Assembly: GCA_035084275.1 (NCBI GenBank)
Contig: CM068749.1
Location: forward strand, 10,230,001 to 10,294,000
Reading direction: 5' to 3'
DNA length: 64,000 nt
Origin: Hydrolagus colliei
Lineage: Eukaryota
A program made the translations under genes and the position numbers. Below are positions 13,116-25,995 of this stretch, piece by piece (the first letter of the stretch is position 1; every line of letters starts with the position of its first letter). Under the pieces are notes generated by a model. The model worked only from the letters and a program-made list of their open reading frames with translations, was not told the DNA's origin and did no database searches.

Positions 13116-13399
13116 GAGTGGGTTTGTATTGTTCTGAGCTACACTGTGTGTGTTCTGTATGGCACTGACTACACCTAGCACAATCTGCCATTCTGCTGGT
13201 ATAACAATCTCTCTGCCTCTATATCGATCTGTATACAATGTACTCCTGCGGCAGACGTTTATGTTGAAATGTTGAAAGGTAATCCCTGTGCTACTAGAGC
13301 AGATGGAATAAAAGCAAACTGGCAGAGGTATTTGTGAGACTGTACTCGCAGGTTATTATGGGGGCGTGAGAGTCTCTGAAAATTGCAGGACCATCTGTA

Positions 13400-13530
13400 T
13401 TGATGCTTTGTATGAGAGAGAGAAGTGGAGAGAGGGGTTGGGGGCTGAAATTGGGAGAGGGGTGGAAGCTCGAGTGGAGCAGAAACCCAGGAATGGACTA
13501 GTTGGGCCGAATGGCTCGTTTCAATGTTGC
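13400..13530 (+). mobile_element. Degenerate CR1 LINE 3' end
   Basis: GGACTAGTTGGGCCGAATGGC motif typical of CR1 3' ends. Confidence 0.55.
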
Positions 13531-13789
13531 ATGTGGCGGAATTCTACGTTGTCTACAAAGCTCGGAGAATGATCATCAGTAGAAGAGGAAGGTCTTTGTT
13601 TGCTTTAAAAGTCAACATTGAGGGGGAAGCCACTTATTGCATATTTTCTTTCCAAAGTGAGGATATAAGGGGTGATAATGTGAAAGGCTGAGATGGATGT
13701 TATCGGTAAGTATGGACAGCCTATGTTAAACTTCAGATTTGCTTTCCTGAACCAGATCATTTCCAGTGTCTACAGCATTTGTAGTATCT

Positions 13790-14060
13790 GTATTGTATAT
13801 TGGTTGGAGCACTTGCCTCACAAGCAAGAAGTCCTGAGTTTGATTCCTGGGCGGGGGAAAAACCTTAGGCATGTTTCCTTACTCCACAAGTCTACCTCGG
13901 AAATGCAATCCAGGCTTGTTTGTGGGTTGCTGCTGTACACAATTAGCTGGTGCGTTTCACCCAGAAAATATACAGTCAATTCTGTGAAGTGCTTTGATAT
14001 GTTCCAAGAACGTGATAAGGTGCTATATGAAATACAAGCGTTATTATGATTAGTATTATT
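13790..14060 (+). mobile_element. tRNA/Deu SINE, degenerate
   Basis: Head, TTTCCTTACTCCACA, Deu core and tail. Confidence 0.8.
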
Positions 14061-14570
14061 CAGGTAATCAGGTCTTCTGAGTACAATGGTACTGAGATTA
14101 AATTACAACAGGTACAAAGTTCATGTTCAGCATAAAGTGGTTTGAAAACATGATCAAAATGGGTTTTGACAGACGAATGACTGACTGGCTCAGTGCGAAT
14201 GCATGCTCCCATCTTTTTCGAAGGCTTTGAATTTTTACAATTACTCATGCCGAAATCTATTGTTACAATATTTATGATTTCTGCACTTGCCGAGCAGCTT
14301 GTCTTGCTAGGTCTTTGCAGTCTGCGCAGGCAAGCACCGAGTTGACTTGACGGTTTTAATTTTTTATTTCAAATGCGGTACCGCAAAAAAAAGCAACGCT
14401 CGCAACCGCTGTCTTCAACGATTGTCCTCTGAGTGTGGTTTTTTTTCTTTCAATGTCAGGAGATGTATTTTGAAAGAGCTTTCGGGTTCAGCTGTTGAGG
14501 CATGAATGTTGACGTTTCATGTGTTCCTCCTATCTATGAAAACAAAGAACCTCTCTTGGTGCATTTTTTC

Positions 14571-14662
14571 AGGCGTCAGCCTGGCTCAGTTGGTCACACT
14601 CTTGTTTCCGAGTCAGAAACTTCTGGGTTGAAACCTTGCGTCAGGACTTTGTACTCAGACTA
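14571..14662 (+). mobile_element. SacSINE1-like SINE head
   Basis: GGCGTCAGCCTGGCTCAGTTGG...GAGTCAGAA. Confidence 0.75.
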
Positions 14663-15639
14663 GGTTGTGCCTTTTTATCTGGAGGATTGTTGGCCAGAAC
14701 ACCGGAAAACCCTCTTCAGTTTGTGACGGCAGTACACATTGTTCAGTGGATGTGTATGATAGTGTAGTATTTCTGGATTTGATGATTTATTTGGCAAACC
14801 AGGAGACATGTAAATGGAACAGATTAGCGAATAATTCACTAGACCCATTAATCAACTCAGTAGGTCCTGTTGTTGAGCACATACCTCTGTATACAATGCA
14901 CATTTGATTTGGTTGGTTGAGTCCAGCCTACAGAAGACAAGTAACACTGTTAGAATAACTCCTGTTATACTGAATAGCTGAGCAACTCAACTGCATTACA
15001 AGTGGCTTAGTCACCGTCTGTGACTAATTGAACAGAGTTATATAGATGTCATGAACACACTGGATGCCAAAAGTAGTGTATCTTCGTGTTATTTTGAAAG
15101 CTGTTGAAAAGGCATTTAATAAGGATGTTGTACCATTTGTGAATGTCTGTCAACTCAATCAATAAGATGATCCTATCTAATTGTTTCTTCTCTGCAGGCA
15201 TCTACTTTACAGCTTTGACTTTATTTTCCAGTTTTAATAATACAATAATGTCCATTTTACATAACCATAGTATGATAATATAATGAGATCAGTGTTCAGA
15301 CTAATGTGATTAGTGTTCAGGTTATCCCTAGATAGAATGGATCATTCACTTCATGGCTGTTTTGCTGATGAAAGGCTCTATAAAATGTAATTTTATGGTT
15401 GTTGTTCACCTACAAAATATACAGCTACTATGCTCTGACAGCAAAATCCTGTGAAGCACTTTTGAGACATCCCCACAACCTGATAAGGAAAGATTATTAT
15501 AAAATAGAAAAGGCAGTCCCAATTGGAATTTGAGTCTGAAATGGTGAATGCCTTTCATTTCCACCAGGTGGCGATATAGCTCTATTAGTTGACCAAATTG
15601 TGTTGTGATTCAGTGCGATGGTCACAGTAATGTAGTGAT

Positions 15640-15928
15640 AATAATCCTAATAAACCATGCATTTAATGTAGCGCTAGAAGTCTCAAAGCGCTTCACAGAA
15701 TATACTGTAAAGTGAATTGACTATATATATGTGGGCAAAATGCTGCAGTGTCCCACAAACAATTGTAGATTGAAATGACCAATTTATTACTGTTTTTATT
15801 ACTGTTTTATGGGAATTATTATCAGGAGTATGGAGTAAGAAAACTTGCCCAAGGTTTCACCCTGCCTGGAATCAAACTCAGCTATCTTGCTTGTAAGGCG
15901 AGTGCCCTAACCACAGAGCGACAGGATA
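15640..15928 (-). mobile_element. Short-type tRNA/Deu SINE
   Basis: Same structure as 2403-2717. Confidence 0.85.
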
Positions 15929-15984
15929 TTGAAACAGGGGAAAGGCAGAATAAAGTAATATTTATCATGGAATGATTAGGGAGA

Positions 15985-16118
15985 ACCGGTCTGTTAGGTT
16001 ATGGGGAGAGAGCTGGGCATGGGCAGTGGGATTGAGTTGCTCTGTTCAAAGAGCCGGCACAGACTAGATGGGCTGAATGGCCTCCTTTTATGCCGTAAAA
16101 TTCTATGATTCTATGATT
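15985..16118 (+). mobile_element. CR1 LINE 3' end
   Basis: CAAAGAGCCGGCACAGACTAGATGGGCTGAATGGCCTCC and ATTCTATG tail repeats; same family as 44863-45261. Confidence 0.85.
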
Positions 16119-16359
16119 TCAGTGCGAAGTACAGTGCTTTGCTTTTACCCAAGGATCCTGTCAGTTTGGTTTATGATGTATGTTTTAGAAGGGGGCCTTG
16201 ATTGTCTACCAGTGTCTCAGGTTTCATTTTGAAGCCTAAGGCAAACTTAGCTGGCATCTACATTGCCCTTACTCCACATAGTACCCAAGAGTACAACATC
16301 AGGGATTGATATTGCTTTCATTGCCCTTCACCATTCCAAAGGACTGCCCCAGTCCATGC

Positions 16360-16570
16360 TATAAATAATAAATTGGTCATTTCAATGCACACTTCAATTA
16401 GTCACTTCAATCCACGACTGTTTTTGTGGGACTCTGTTGTGCGCAATCGGCTGCTGGCTTTCTCCCATAAATGTGCAGTCAATTCACTTCACAGTATATT
16501 CTGTGAAGACTTTTGACGTGTCTAGAAGATGTGAAAAGTGCTATATCAAATGCAAGGATTGTTATTATTT
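16360..16570 (+). mobile_element. Deu SINE 3' half
   Basis: Deu core and GTGAAAAGTGCTATATCAAATGCAAGGATT tail. Confidence 0.8.
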
Positions 16571-17065
16571 TATTTTTTGCCAGTGCTCGCATCATTAAAG
16601 ACTCGACTCGTTCCTGTGGTGCCGTACAGGCACCGAGTCTCTTTTTCCCCAAGTAAACATTTGCTGAGCTTCCTGTGGGTCATTTTGCCTCGGGACTGCC
16701 ATTTAGTTGGCCTTGGACGAGCAGAGGGAGGGAAGGAGAGAGGAGGAGGAGGAAGGAAACACTTAACACAGATTGCATCCTCCATCTCAGCGCAAAATTA
16801 TTTGCTGCTTTGTCTCGAGTCAAAATTCACAAACGTCTTGCTCATCCAGTCGCTCATTCATTGAGTCAGCTGCAGTACTTACTCCCACATATGAAATCCT
16901 ACACTGTTGCTGCCTTTCACTCAGCTGTTCTTCCTGGAGACATGGACCTCTTATCCGCGCACTGACCCATTACTGTAATCAACCGTGCGCTGGCCTTGTG
17001 CTGCTTTACAGCCAAGAATTGGAGTAAAAGTATTTTATGAGTCGATTTTCTCACCTGATTCACAC

Positions 17066-17461
17066 GTGTCAGCCTGGCTCAGTTGATCGCACTCTCGCCT
17101 CTTGAGTCAAAGGTTGTGGGTTCAAGCCCCGCGTCAGGAATTTGAATTCATTTCGTTTTGGTAGACATCGCAATGCAATGTCACCACAACCAACCATGAA
17201 GTGAATGATCAATATTATCTGGGGGATTGTTGACCAGAACACTGGTCAACAATTTTGAAATAGTACCATGGGATCTTTAACATCCACTTAAACAGCCACA
17301 CAGGACCTTCAATTAACATCTCATCTAAAGGATGGTACATCCAATAATACCTCTAGCACTGCATTGGAGTTTAAACCTAGATCATATGAGTTCAAAGTCA
17401 CGCAAGGAGCTTGAATTTACAACCATTGACTCTGAGGCACAAGAGCTACACACTGTGCCAG
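17066..17461. mobile_element. SacSINE1-like head (+, 17066-17148) facing a second copy (-, about 17190-17461)
   Basis: GTGTCAGCCTGGCTCAGTTG...GGGTTCAAGCCCC on +; CCATGGGATCTTTAACATCCAC and GACTCTGAGGC from a minus-strand copy. Confidence 0.7.
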
Positions 17462-17890
17462 AACCTATATTTGTTCAGAACCTATAGTTTTAAATCATAT
17501 GATTTAATAGAATTTTGATATTTCTTCACTATTTCCTCACCCTTTTTTTATGGTGACATACTATTGCAGTAATTGTTTAGGTCAATTAATCGTTCCAAAA
17601 AACGATAAATTTTCCAGACGCCTTCTGTTAAAACCAGGAAGTGAATTGATGTTATCCTATTCTGACAATGATTTATTACGGCCGAGAACACAGGGAGAGT
17701 TGCTGTCCAGACAGTTTGGCTCATGGTGTTGGAAAATGTGAGAAATATATCTGCCAGAAGGGAGGTTGCAGGGATGAGGTTTTTTTTTAACCTATCAAGT
17801 CTGTGCTCACAGTGAAAGATACAATGCCTTCCCCCCCCCCCACCCCACCACCACCCAAAGTTTGAAGATCATCAGCTGCTTATTTCATCT

Positions 17891-18237
17891 GGAGCTCCTG
17901 TGGCTCAGTGGTTAGAGCACTTGTCTTGCAAGCTGGGGAGACCAAGCTGGGGAGACCTGTGTTCGAATCCAGGCAGGTCAGGGCAAAACCTTGGGCAACT
18001 TTCCTTACTCCACACGCCTAATAATAATCCCTCAAAAAAACCCACAATAATTAAATTGGTCATTTCAATCCATGACTGTTTGTGGGACACTGCTGGGCGC
18101 AATTGGCTGCCGCGATTCGCCCACAAATATATACAGTCAATTCACCTTACAGTATATTCTATGAAGCGCTTTGGGACGTTGATAAGATGTGGAAAACGCA
18201 ATATCAAATGCAAGGATTAGAATTATTATTACTATTA
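17891..18237 (+). mobile_element. Full-length short-type tRNA/Deu SINE with a 14-bp tandem duplication in the head
   Basis: CAAGCTGGGGAGAC x2 at 17929-17956. Confidence 0.9.
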
Positions 18238-19439
18238 TCTCCCATTGGAGGGGTTGAGGCGGGGAGGGGGGTGGGGAGGGAGATAGGACACCAGCAATGG
18301 CTCAATAACTTGAGCCATTGCTTCATATAGATAGTGCCCTTTAGGTGGGTTGGGTCACAGAGCAGTTAACGGGACTTAACAGGACTTGATGCGGAGCCGG
18401 GGAGGGGAAAAGAGGGTAACCGAACAAGGCAAGGTCGAGGAGTAAAGTGACATGTGTGACATAGATTCTGTGAGACTGGAGCTCATTTCAACTAAACAAT
18501 GTTTAGACTGCAGTATTGCTGTGCCTTTACAGGAGCAGAAAGTTTCCATGTTTAGTTTGTCCTTCCCCTCAGAGGGTAAATCTGTCAGGCGGGTGTCTGA
18601 CCCCAAACATCCGAGGCCGATTTTTGATTCATGTTCTTTTTAAGAAGAATATATATATATATTAGTGACCTTTTGCCTTCTTGTGTTAAAGCTTCTGAAC
18701 GACACTTAGCCTCATGTGTTAATGTGTGTCAGGGTGCTGTAATTCCAGGAATTAGAATAGCGTTCGCTGACAGCGCTCAGGCAAGTGAGCTGCTTTAGTA
18801 GGAGAACAACACAGCGTTGTTTCAATCGGGGGAAACTGTTGTCTTAACTTCAATAGAGATGAGCCATTGATAAGCTTTTTTTTGGCTCCATCCCATGAGA
18901 ACTGAGGACTGGATTGAGGCTTACTGAGTCACCACCGGTTAGACTGAATGGCATTTGCTGGAGGTGCAGTTTTGTGGAGGGTAACAGCGTATATGTTTAG
19001 GAATTTCTGAGCATCATTGTGCCCAACTGTGCGAGGTGCCTTTGGGCAGCAATTGGCTTTGCTCTATTTCATTCTGAGCCGGCAGTATGAATCAGCATGG
19101 AAGGACAGCCATGTGATTATGTGCTGGGCAGTAAAATAAGTCTGCCTTGTTGTAGCTGGCCAAACACTTTTGAGTAAGCCATGGAACAAAATAGTTTGCC
19201 AAAATTGTTTTTAAAACACACACACACACAAACTACTTTATAAACTTTGTGGAGTCCTATGGCTGCAATATTGTTGCGTACTAAGAGGGGAACAACCCAG
19301 TTTATATCACGTGAAGAATAGAGCGCTCTGGAAAAAAGGTGTATTTGCTGATTTGATGTCTTTGGAGTCTAAATAATAAAAATTTTGATTTACTTCCCCA
19401 CCACCCCTACCTCATATTCACTGCTATTTTCGTGGGGGT

Positions 19440-19720
19440 TGCCCAGATTTCTGGCACCCACAGAAGCCCAGAGCCATGCTTAAGAGTATCCAAACCAGAT
19501 TGAGAATCCCAAAGTATTTTCGCTGAATACAAATATGGAAACAGCGCAGAAGGAGGTTGTTCAGTCCATCAAGTCTGCAACGTCTCACAGAACAAGGAAA
19601 TCACATCAGTCCCAGGGAAATTTTCCTCTTGTCTGAAATGGGATATGTACTCTCTCTCCCTGGAGGGAGGCACCTTATACCAGAATTCCAGAGGATAGTC
19701 GGTGCAAGTTGGTGGATTCC
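19440..19720 (-). repeat. Unclassified palindromic/MITE-like repeat, copy 2
   Basis: Reverse complement carries the two blocks seen at 8127-8143 and 8207-8230. Confidence 0.6.
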
Positions 19721-20349
19721 AGAGTTACTGGGTAATATTAACAGCCAAAACTACATGGCTTGCCATCTGTCTTAACTATATGGCAAGATTCTCGATGCTT
19801 GTCCAGCTAGGACCACTCTGCCAGTTAAGGCTTTGGCTGTTAGTGTTAATAGGAGCAGAATGGATACATCTGTGCTTCCGGTGATCGATCTGTACTCCCA
19901 AGTCCAGCTATGAAACAGGCTTGACCGGTCTCTCATCTGCCCTGGACCACTACAGAACTGTCCGGTTCAGGAAGTGAACTAAAGAGACCACAGTTGAGTC
20001 TGTTCTGAGATTCCATTGCTAAATATGTTACCTTGAAGCCAGGCCATTTACTGTACTTACCAAGGAGGATAGATTTACTACGTATTGTTCTCGCTGGTTG
20101 TTCTTCTGGCTGCATCCGCTCTGTTTGTGCCGTGTTTCCAGCGTGGCTTGTTGTGTGGGATTATGCTTCTGCAAAAGTATTTTCCAAGATTCGCTGACGG
20201 TGAATGCTGTAACCAGAAGGCCTGTCTGTTGTTGCTGTAGTTGTAGTTGCGTTTCCCCTGGGATCACAAGGTAAATGCGCCTGAGCTCAGCGTGCAGATG
20301 TTAGCTCTGAACTTCACAACCAACCTTGCCACGTCAGCAAGTGTTTACA

Positions 20350-20540
20350 TGAATGAAGAGAAGGGAGTTTCTCCTGGCGTTCTCACCAACAATCCTACAA
20401 ATAAATTTGGTCATTTACTCCATGCCACGTTTCGCCCACAGACACACACTTCACTTTACAGTGTTATATTCTGTGAAGCACTTTGAGACGTCGATACGAT
20501 GTGAAAAGCACTATATCAAATGCAAGTATTATTATTATTA
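20350..20540 (+). mobile_element. Deu SINE 3' part
   Basis: GAAGCACTTTGAGACGTC...GTGAAAAGCACTATATCAAATGCAAG tail. Confidence 0.75.
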
Positions 20541-21178
20541 TGGCTATGTGTGGGTCATTGCTATGCTCAAGTGTGCTGTATATTTGCCTACAAGTACACA
20601 GTCACTACACTGTACAGTAAATCCTGTGAAGGGCTTTGAGGCCTCCCCCTGATGTGAAAGGTGCTGGACTGAACACAAGGATTATTATTCTGTTTGTGCA
20701 GTAGGTTGTTCAGTGGGTCAAAACTATTGCAAGTCTAAACGGAGGATTAATTGTGAACATTGTATCTAATTTGGTAGGGATTTTTAAAAAAAATGCAAAT
20801 TGCTGCAAAACTTTCTAGTATTTTCTTTCAGCCATAAATTGGAAGCAGAGATTTGTCTGTGTTTTAAAGGAGTTGGTCAGACTTCATGTAGGACATTCAT
20901 TGAATAACTACTTTAATTGCCAGATGATATTGCAAGGTTATCATAAAGTTTACTATTGAATTACATACAGTTACAGAGAAAATTATAGCACAGAAACTGG
21001 GCATTCAGCCCAACACGTCTGTGTTTATACACCATAGAACTCCCTCTTGTTTCTTTCTCTCATACTCCTTTATTCCCTTCTGGTTACATGTGCATCAGAT
21101 TTCTTCTTAAATACAATGATGAGCTATAAAGTAGGTCAGGTGGTTATGAATAACTTGTTGCTCACTTGGAACCATCGC

Positions 21179-21204
21179 TGTGTGTGTGTGTGTGTGTGTG
21201 TGTG
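21179..21204. repeat. (TG)13 microsatellite
   Basis: Direct read. Confidence 0.95.
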
Positions 21205-22347
21205 TTGTTGTGGGATTGAAATGCAGACCGTCTGTAAATGTCAGGATATTGTGGATTCATTCAACTTGGGAACGTTGGTGCTTTGATGCCATTTGTTATA
21301 ATCCGGGTTGACAGCGGTACCCCAAGTGACCTTTACAGAGACTGGCACAGGCTGCTTGCGGTTGGAGTTACACTTACAGCTGTACAAAGCTCAACAGGGC
21401 GGTGCTTTCTAAGCTTAGTTTATCAATTCCACTGCAGGTTTATTGGGTGAGTGAGGTGGGTGTGCGTTGGGGAGGGCGGGTGGGGTGGGGTCACAGAGGA
21501 GTTGGGAAGGAAAGGGAAGGTCACAAATTTCAATGATCAAAATTCACTAATTTCTCTGCACCAGTTGAACGTCTGTCCTCCTGGCTTTTTTCTTTCTTCC
21601 ATTTGCTGTTTTTCTTCTGGGACTCTATCCTGGAGCGGCAGCTCAGAGCTGACACGTGGGAACCTCCATGGGACATGCTAAATCACACCCATCGCAGGCA
21701 GGGCAGTCATGGCCAAAGCGAGAATAGTGCTGTACATCCATTAGTTGATAAACTGCCGAGGAATGTTAACTGCTGGCTCTGGCTTGCCCACAAATGTCGG
21801 GATTCAGTATTGCAACTGTTCTTTTAAAAAAAAATAAAGCGCTTCCTTTCCTCGTGTATTTGATCAAGCCGAGCTGGCGTCTGAGCATCGGTTTCTTGTT
21901 AACTTACTGCTATGTCTCGATGGTAATACCCTACCTTATGGACGGAGGAAAATTAAGTTATGTCTCGCAGTAAAATCCGATCCATCTATAAAATGCTAAG
22001 TGCAACGTTTATGAAGAGACCGACTGCGAACCATCACAATAGATAGATATTCAGCCGCATTTTATGAACTGAATGGAAAATGTGTTCTGGTTCTGCCCCA
22101 GTTCTCTTTATTAAAAGCTCCTTTTTAATAATCACAGCTGTCGATCAGGCTGCCTATACAGTTAACATTTTAATTATCACACTATATTTTAAAATCTTTC
22201 TCGCTATCCCTCACTCCTCTTTGTTCCAACTTTTTCCATATATGTGTTTTTTTCCATCTGTATCTCCGCTTCAGTGTATTCTATCATGAGTAGAAACAGA
22301 TTCCCCTCCCCACCTCTCTGATACTAAAGATGTGAATTTAAAATAAT

Positions 22348-22801
22348 AAAGTTTCCTTACTCCACACTCCTCTGTTTACTTAGCAGTAAGTAGGAACCTG
22401 ATTGGCGGATCATTTTTCCAGGTGTAATAATTCCTTAAAGAAAAATTGGGTGACTCAATCCATGACTGTTTCTGGGACCCTGTTGTGCGCAATTGGCTGT
22501 TGTGTTTTGCCCACAAAGCATACAGTGAATTTACTTTACACTATATCCTGTGAACCCTTTGAGATACGTGATAAGGCACTTTATCAACTGCAAGGATTAG
22601 TATTATTATTAATCCTTGCATTTGATATAATGTGTTATAATGTAGTTGACACATCAAAGCACTTCACAGGATATACTGTAAAGTAGATTGACCTGTGTTT
22701 TGTGGGTGAAACAAAGCAGCCAGTTGTGCATAGGAATGTCCCATGTACAACCATGGAGTGAGTGACCAATTATTGTATATTGGAGGGATTGTTGGCCAGG
22801 A
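22348..22801. mobile_element. Tail-to-tail pair of Deu SINEs (long-type + 22348-22608; - 22609-22801)
   Basis: GCAAGGATTAGTATTATTATTAATCCTTGC junction; Deu cores on both arms. Confidence 0.85.
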
Positions 22802-24714
22802 TTTGTGTGTGAACTACATACGTGTGGTTGTGAATTATAATTCTTGCACTTGATGTATCCTTATCACATTGTCGAGGTCCCAAAGCATCTTCCAATTTTA
22901 CTTATTGTCAAATGTAGTGACTAACTGAATTTATAGGTGAATACAATAGCCAATTTGTGGACAGCAATGCCCTACAAATGATCATTTTATACCTGGGAGG
23001 TTGTTGGCTAGTACACCAGGAGAAACACCTTCCTTTTCTCGAATGGGATCCTTAAAAATTCTGAATTTGTTTCAATCTCAATTTTGTAGGCACGGATCCA
23101 GACTCACCGCGGAGTCCCTTTTTAAATGGACCTCTCATTTCCAGATCGGAAGAATCTTGCAGACTATAGTTGATCAAGACAAGAGCTCGTGAACAGCTTC
23201 CTAGCTTTGCTGATGAGCAGCATGAGAAAGGGTGTATGTTCTGAGTCTACGTTGAGATGGAACTCTCTTAAGCGAGTTGGTTTGGTGCTCTGTTTTCTGC
23301 TTCTATTTAGTCACTGAGACCGAAAGCAAGATATGAACAGCAGTCCTCAAGCTGTTTGCTGATGCAAAGCTCGAGGTTCCCCAGGGTACCCTTTTCTAAG
23401 AGATTTTTCCTTTTGAGATAAATGTATCCACTGCACATGTGGAATGTCACTTCATTGGTTTCTTTACTTTCGTATTAAAGATCAAGACCTTTGCCTTTCT
23501 TTGAAAACTGCTTTGGATGGGGGAGTTGGGAGAGAGAGAGAGAGAAATAAACCATAGTAGAATGATTGCACTACACTTGATTTAAGCATAACTTTCTGTC
23601 CTGTACATGATGTTCTTTCAAAGTACTTTGGGAGCTGTGAAGCACTCGAGTTGAGGGCAGTCTTAGTTTTATTATTTCCCAGTGCTTGGGGAATCCGTGT
23701 CTTAGCAAAGAGCCTTTGGGGGTTGGAAGGGAGAGTGGAAGTGCTGCTCTCACCAGTATCTGTGATTATAATTAGGAAATGGCCTCAATTGCACACTGCC
23801 AAGATCATATGGGTCAGTGGATGTGTGTGTGCTCAAGGGATGTAGAGTTATTGCAATGTGAGTGTGACCAGTAAACAATCCCTAAAATGTGCATTCATCT
23901 AAACAACAGCAATTTACATTTATATACAGTAGTACTGTACCTTGATCCCAAGCAGAGTGGATGTTGCCATTGCTGTGTTTCAAGAGCTTGGTGTTGAGGC
24001 AGGAATTAGACAGGTAGAGCAAGGGATAAGGGAGAGGTTGGGCACAGAATCAGATGTCTTAGCCACAGCTGGAGGCAAGGAGAGGGTGAGAGATGCGCAG
24101 TAAGCCTGAGTTAGCCGAGTGGAGGAGTCGGGGTGGATCCGTTAGGTTTTGCTTAGCAAACCAAGCAGCTAAACCCTGGAGCTGTGAGTGAGTGAAAGAC
24201 GTCCAAGTCCCATTTTTCTTTAGCAGTCCTCACTAGTGATTTGGCCTCGTCAATTGGAACATTGATATCCGTGGCATTTGCAACTTGGGTGGCTCTTTTG
24301 TTTTTGTTTATATAAAAATAATAAAATCCAGCTGAGAAATGCGAGAGTTGCGAGAGACCAGTTATCTGGATAAGAAAGGAATTGATGACTAAACTGTGAG
24401 ATGAATTGTCCTCAGCACCTTGGGACTTCCACCCGACGTGAAAGGCGATCCATAAATGTACTTTTGTTGTTGTCCTTTTTCCTTGCAAATTCATCCTCCA
24501 GGTTGCTTCCCTTCTCTCCTCTCAGTGCTCGACTCCTATTTTCCTTCTGACAGGGTACATTTCCACTCGTACCAGTTGCTCAACATTAAGTTGTGATCGT
24601 TACACACGTTGATGATGGATACTGCAATCTCAGCAGGTTGTTTTAATCCCTGAGGCAGGAGGAAAGAAACAGAGAGAAAGAGAGATGGGAACATTGTTAC
24701 CAAATCCGCTCAAT

Positions 24715-24835
24715 AATAAATAATAATCCTTGCATTTGATATTCCGCCTTATAGATGTCTCAAACCACTTTACAGTATAATCTGTAAAGTGAATTGACTA
24801 TGTTTCATGAGCGAAATGCAGCAGACAAATAATTA
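24715..24835 (-). mobile_element. Deu SINE 3' part
   Basis: AATAATCCTTGCATTTGATA...GTAAAGTGAATTGAC. Confidence 0.75.
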
Positions 24836-25164
24836 TGCCAATGCCCTCATACTCTCCAGTGAGAGATCAGTGGACAGTGCTCAGAATTGCCAATTACAAC
24901 AACCATAACCTCTGATCTGGCTAAGATCAACTCGCTTCAATGAGCAACCTTCCCGCCCACCATCCTGCTAAAATCTGGTCTGTAATCCATCCGAGTTAAC
25001 ACTGCACCAGGTTATGCCTGTACTGATCCTGAAGCTCAGTTATTCCGAATCACATTTGCCTACAAAATACAAAATCACTACATTTTGCAGTTAATCCAGT
25101 GAAGTGCTTTGAGATGTTTCCCTCTCCCCGTCCGCAGATGCGAAAGCCATTGTATCTAGTGGAA

Positions 25165-25218
25165 GCGCCTTGGGATGTCCTCCCGACGTGAAATGTAATG
25201 TTGTTGTTGTTGTTGTTG
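25165..25218 (+). mobile_element. Very short L2-type tail insertion
   Basis: GCGCCTTGGGATGTCCTCCCGACGTGAAA followed by (GTT)n. Confidence 0.7.
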
Positions 25219-25787
25219 TATTTGTTAACTGAGTGTGATCGGCTTGACCACTGCTCCAGAGAAGTTGGGTCTGTTTTTTGAACTTTTTAGTGTTGCAGTT
25301 CTGACAGGAAATCTGACAACACACAACAACCACTAAAAAGACATAAACGTTTCTTCATCCCCCTCCCTTTTTGAAGGGGTCTGTAGGGTGGCTCTTGTTA
25401 AATATTAAACCCAACATTGTCTTTAGGAACTCGGTGTGCTGCCAACACTGACTCTGGTTTGGTAATTGTCCCGCAGGTGTCAGCTCTATGAAAGAAATTG
25501 CTTGAATGATGAGATTTTCAGTATCGTTTGTGTTCAGTCACGTACTTTTGTACGGATTGGCAAAAAGTAAATGCCATAAACACAACTTCCGTTCACTTGA
25601 TCAGATGTTAAGAATCTTTTGTTTTAATCTTTTTTTAGAGAGAGAGAGCGGTAAAATCAATGAGGGAGATCTAATTTGCAGCATGAACTGGATTCCTCAA
25701 TCAGGAATTCCCGACCTGACCCCAGCGTGAATAGTCTGCGCTGCAAGTAGATTGCTTAACATAGTCGATGAGGATCATGGCTTACTT

Positions 25788-25825
25788 GGGAGGGTGGGGG
25801 GGGGGGGGGGGGGGGAGGGGGCGGG
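25788..25825 (+). repeat. G20 homopolymer within a G-rich tract
   Basis: G run at 25796-25815. Confidence 0.9.
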
Positions 25826-25973
25826 AGATAGGTGAAGACATTCTCCCCTTTACAGAAATATTTTGGGCAGAATTAAAAATAAACATTTTTCATAGGGTTC
25901 AATCTTGGTGACAACAGTAATATGTTTTCAAATACGCAATCAACCCTCTTAACTTCCGAAGTGGGCGATTTCT

Positions 25974-25995
25974 TGTGTGTGTGTGTGTGTGTGTG
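25974..25995. repeat. (TG)11 microsatellite
   Basis: Direct read. Confidence 0.95.
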
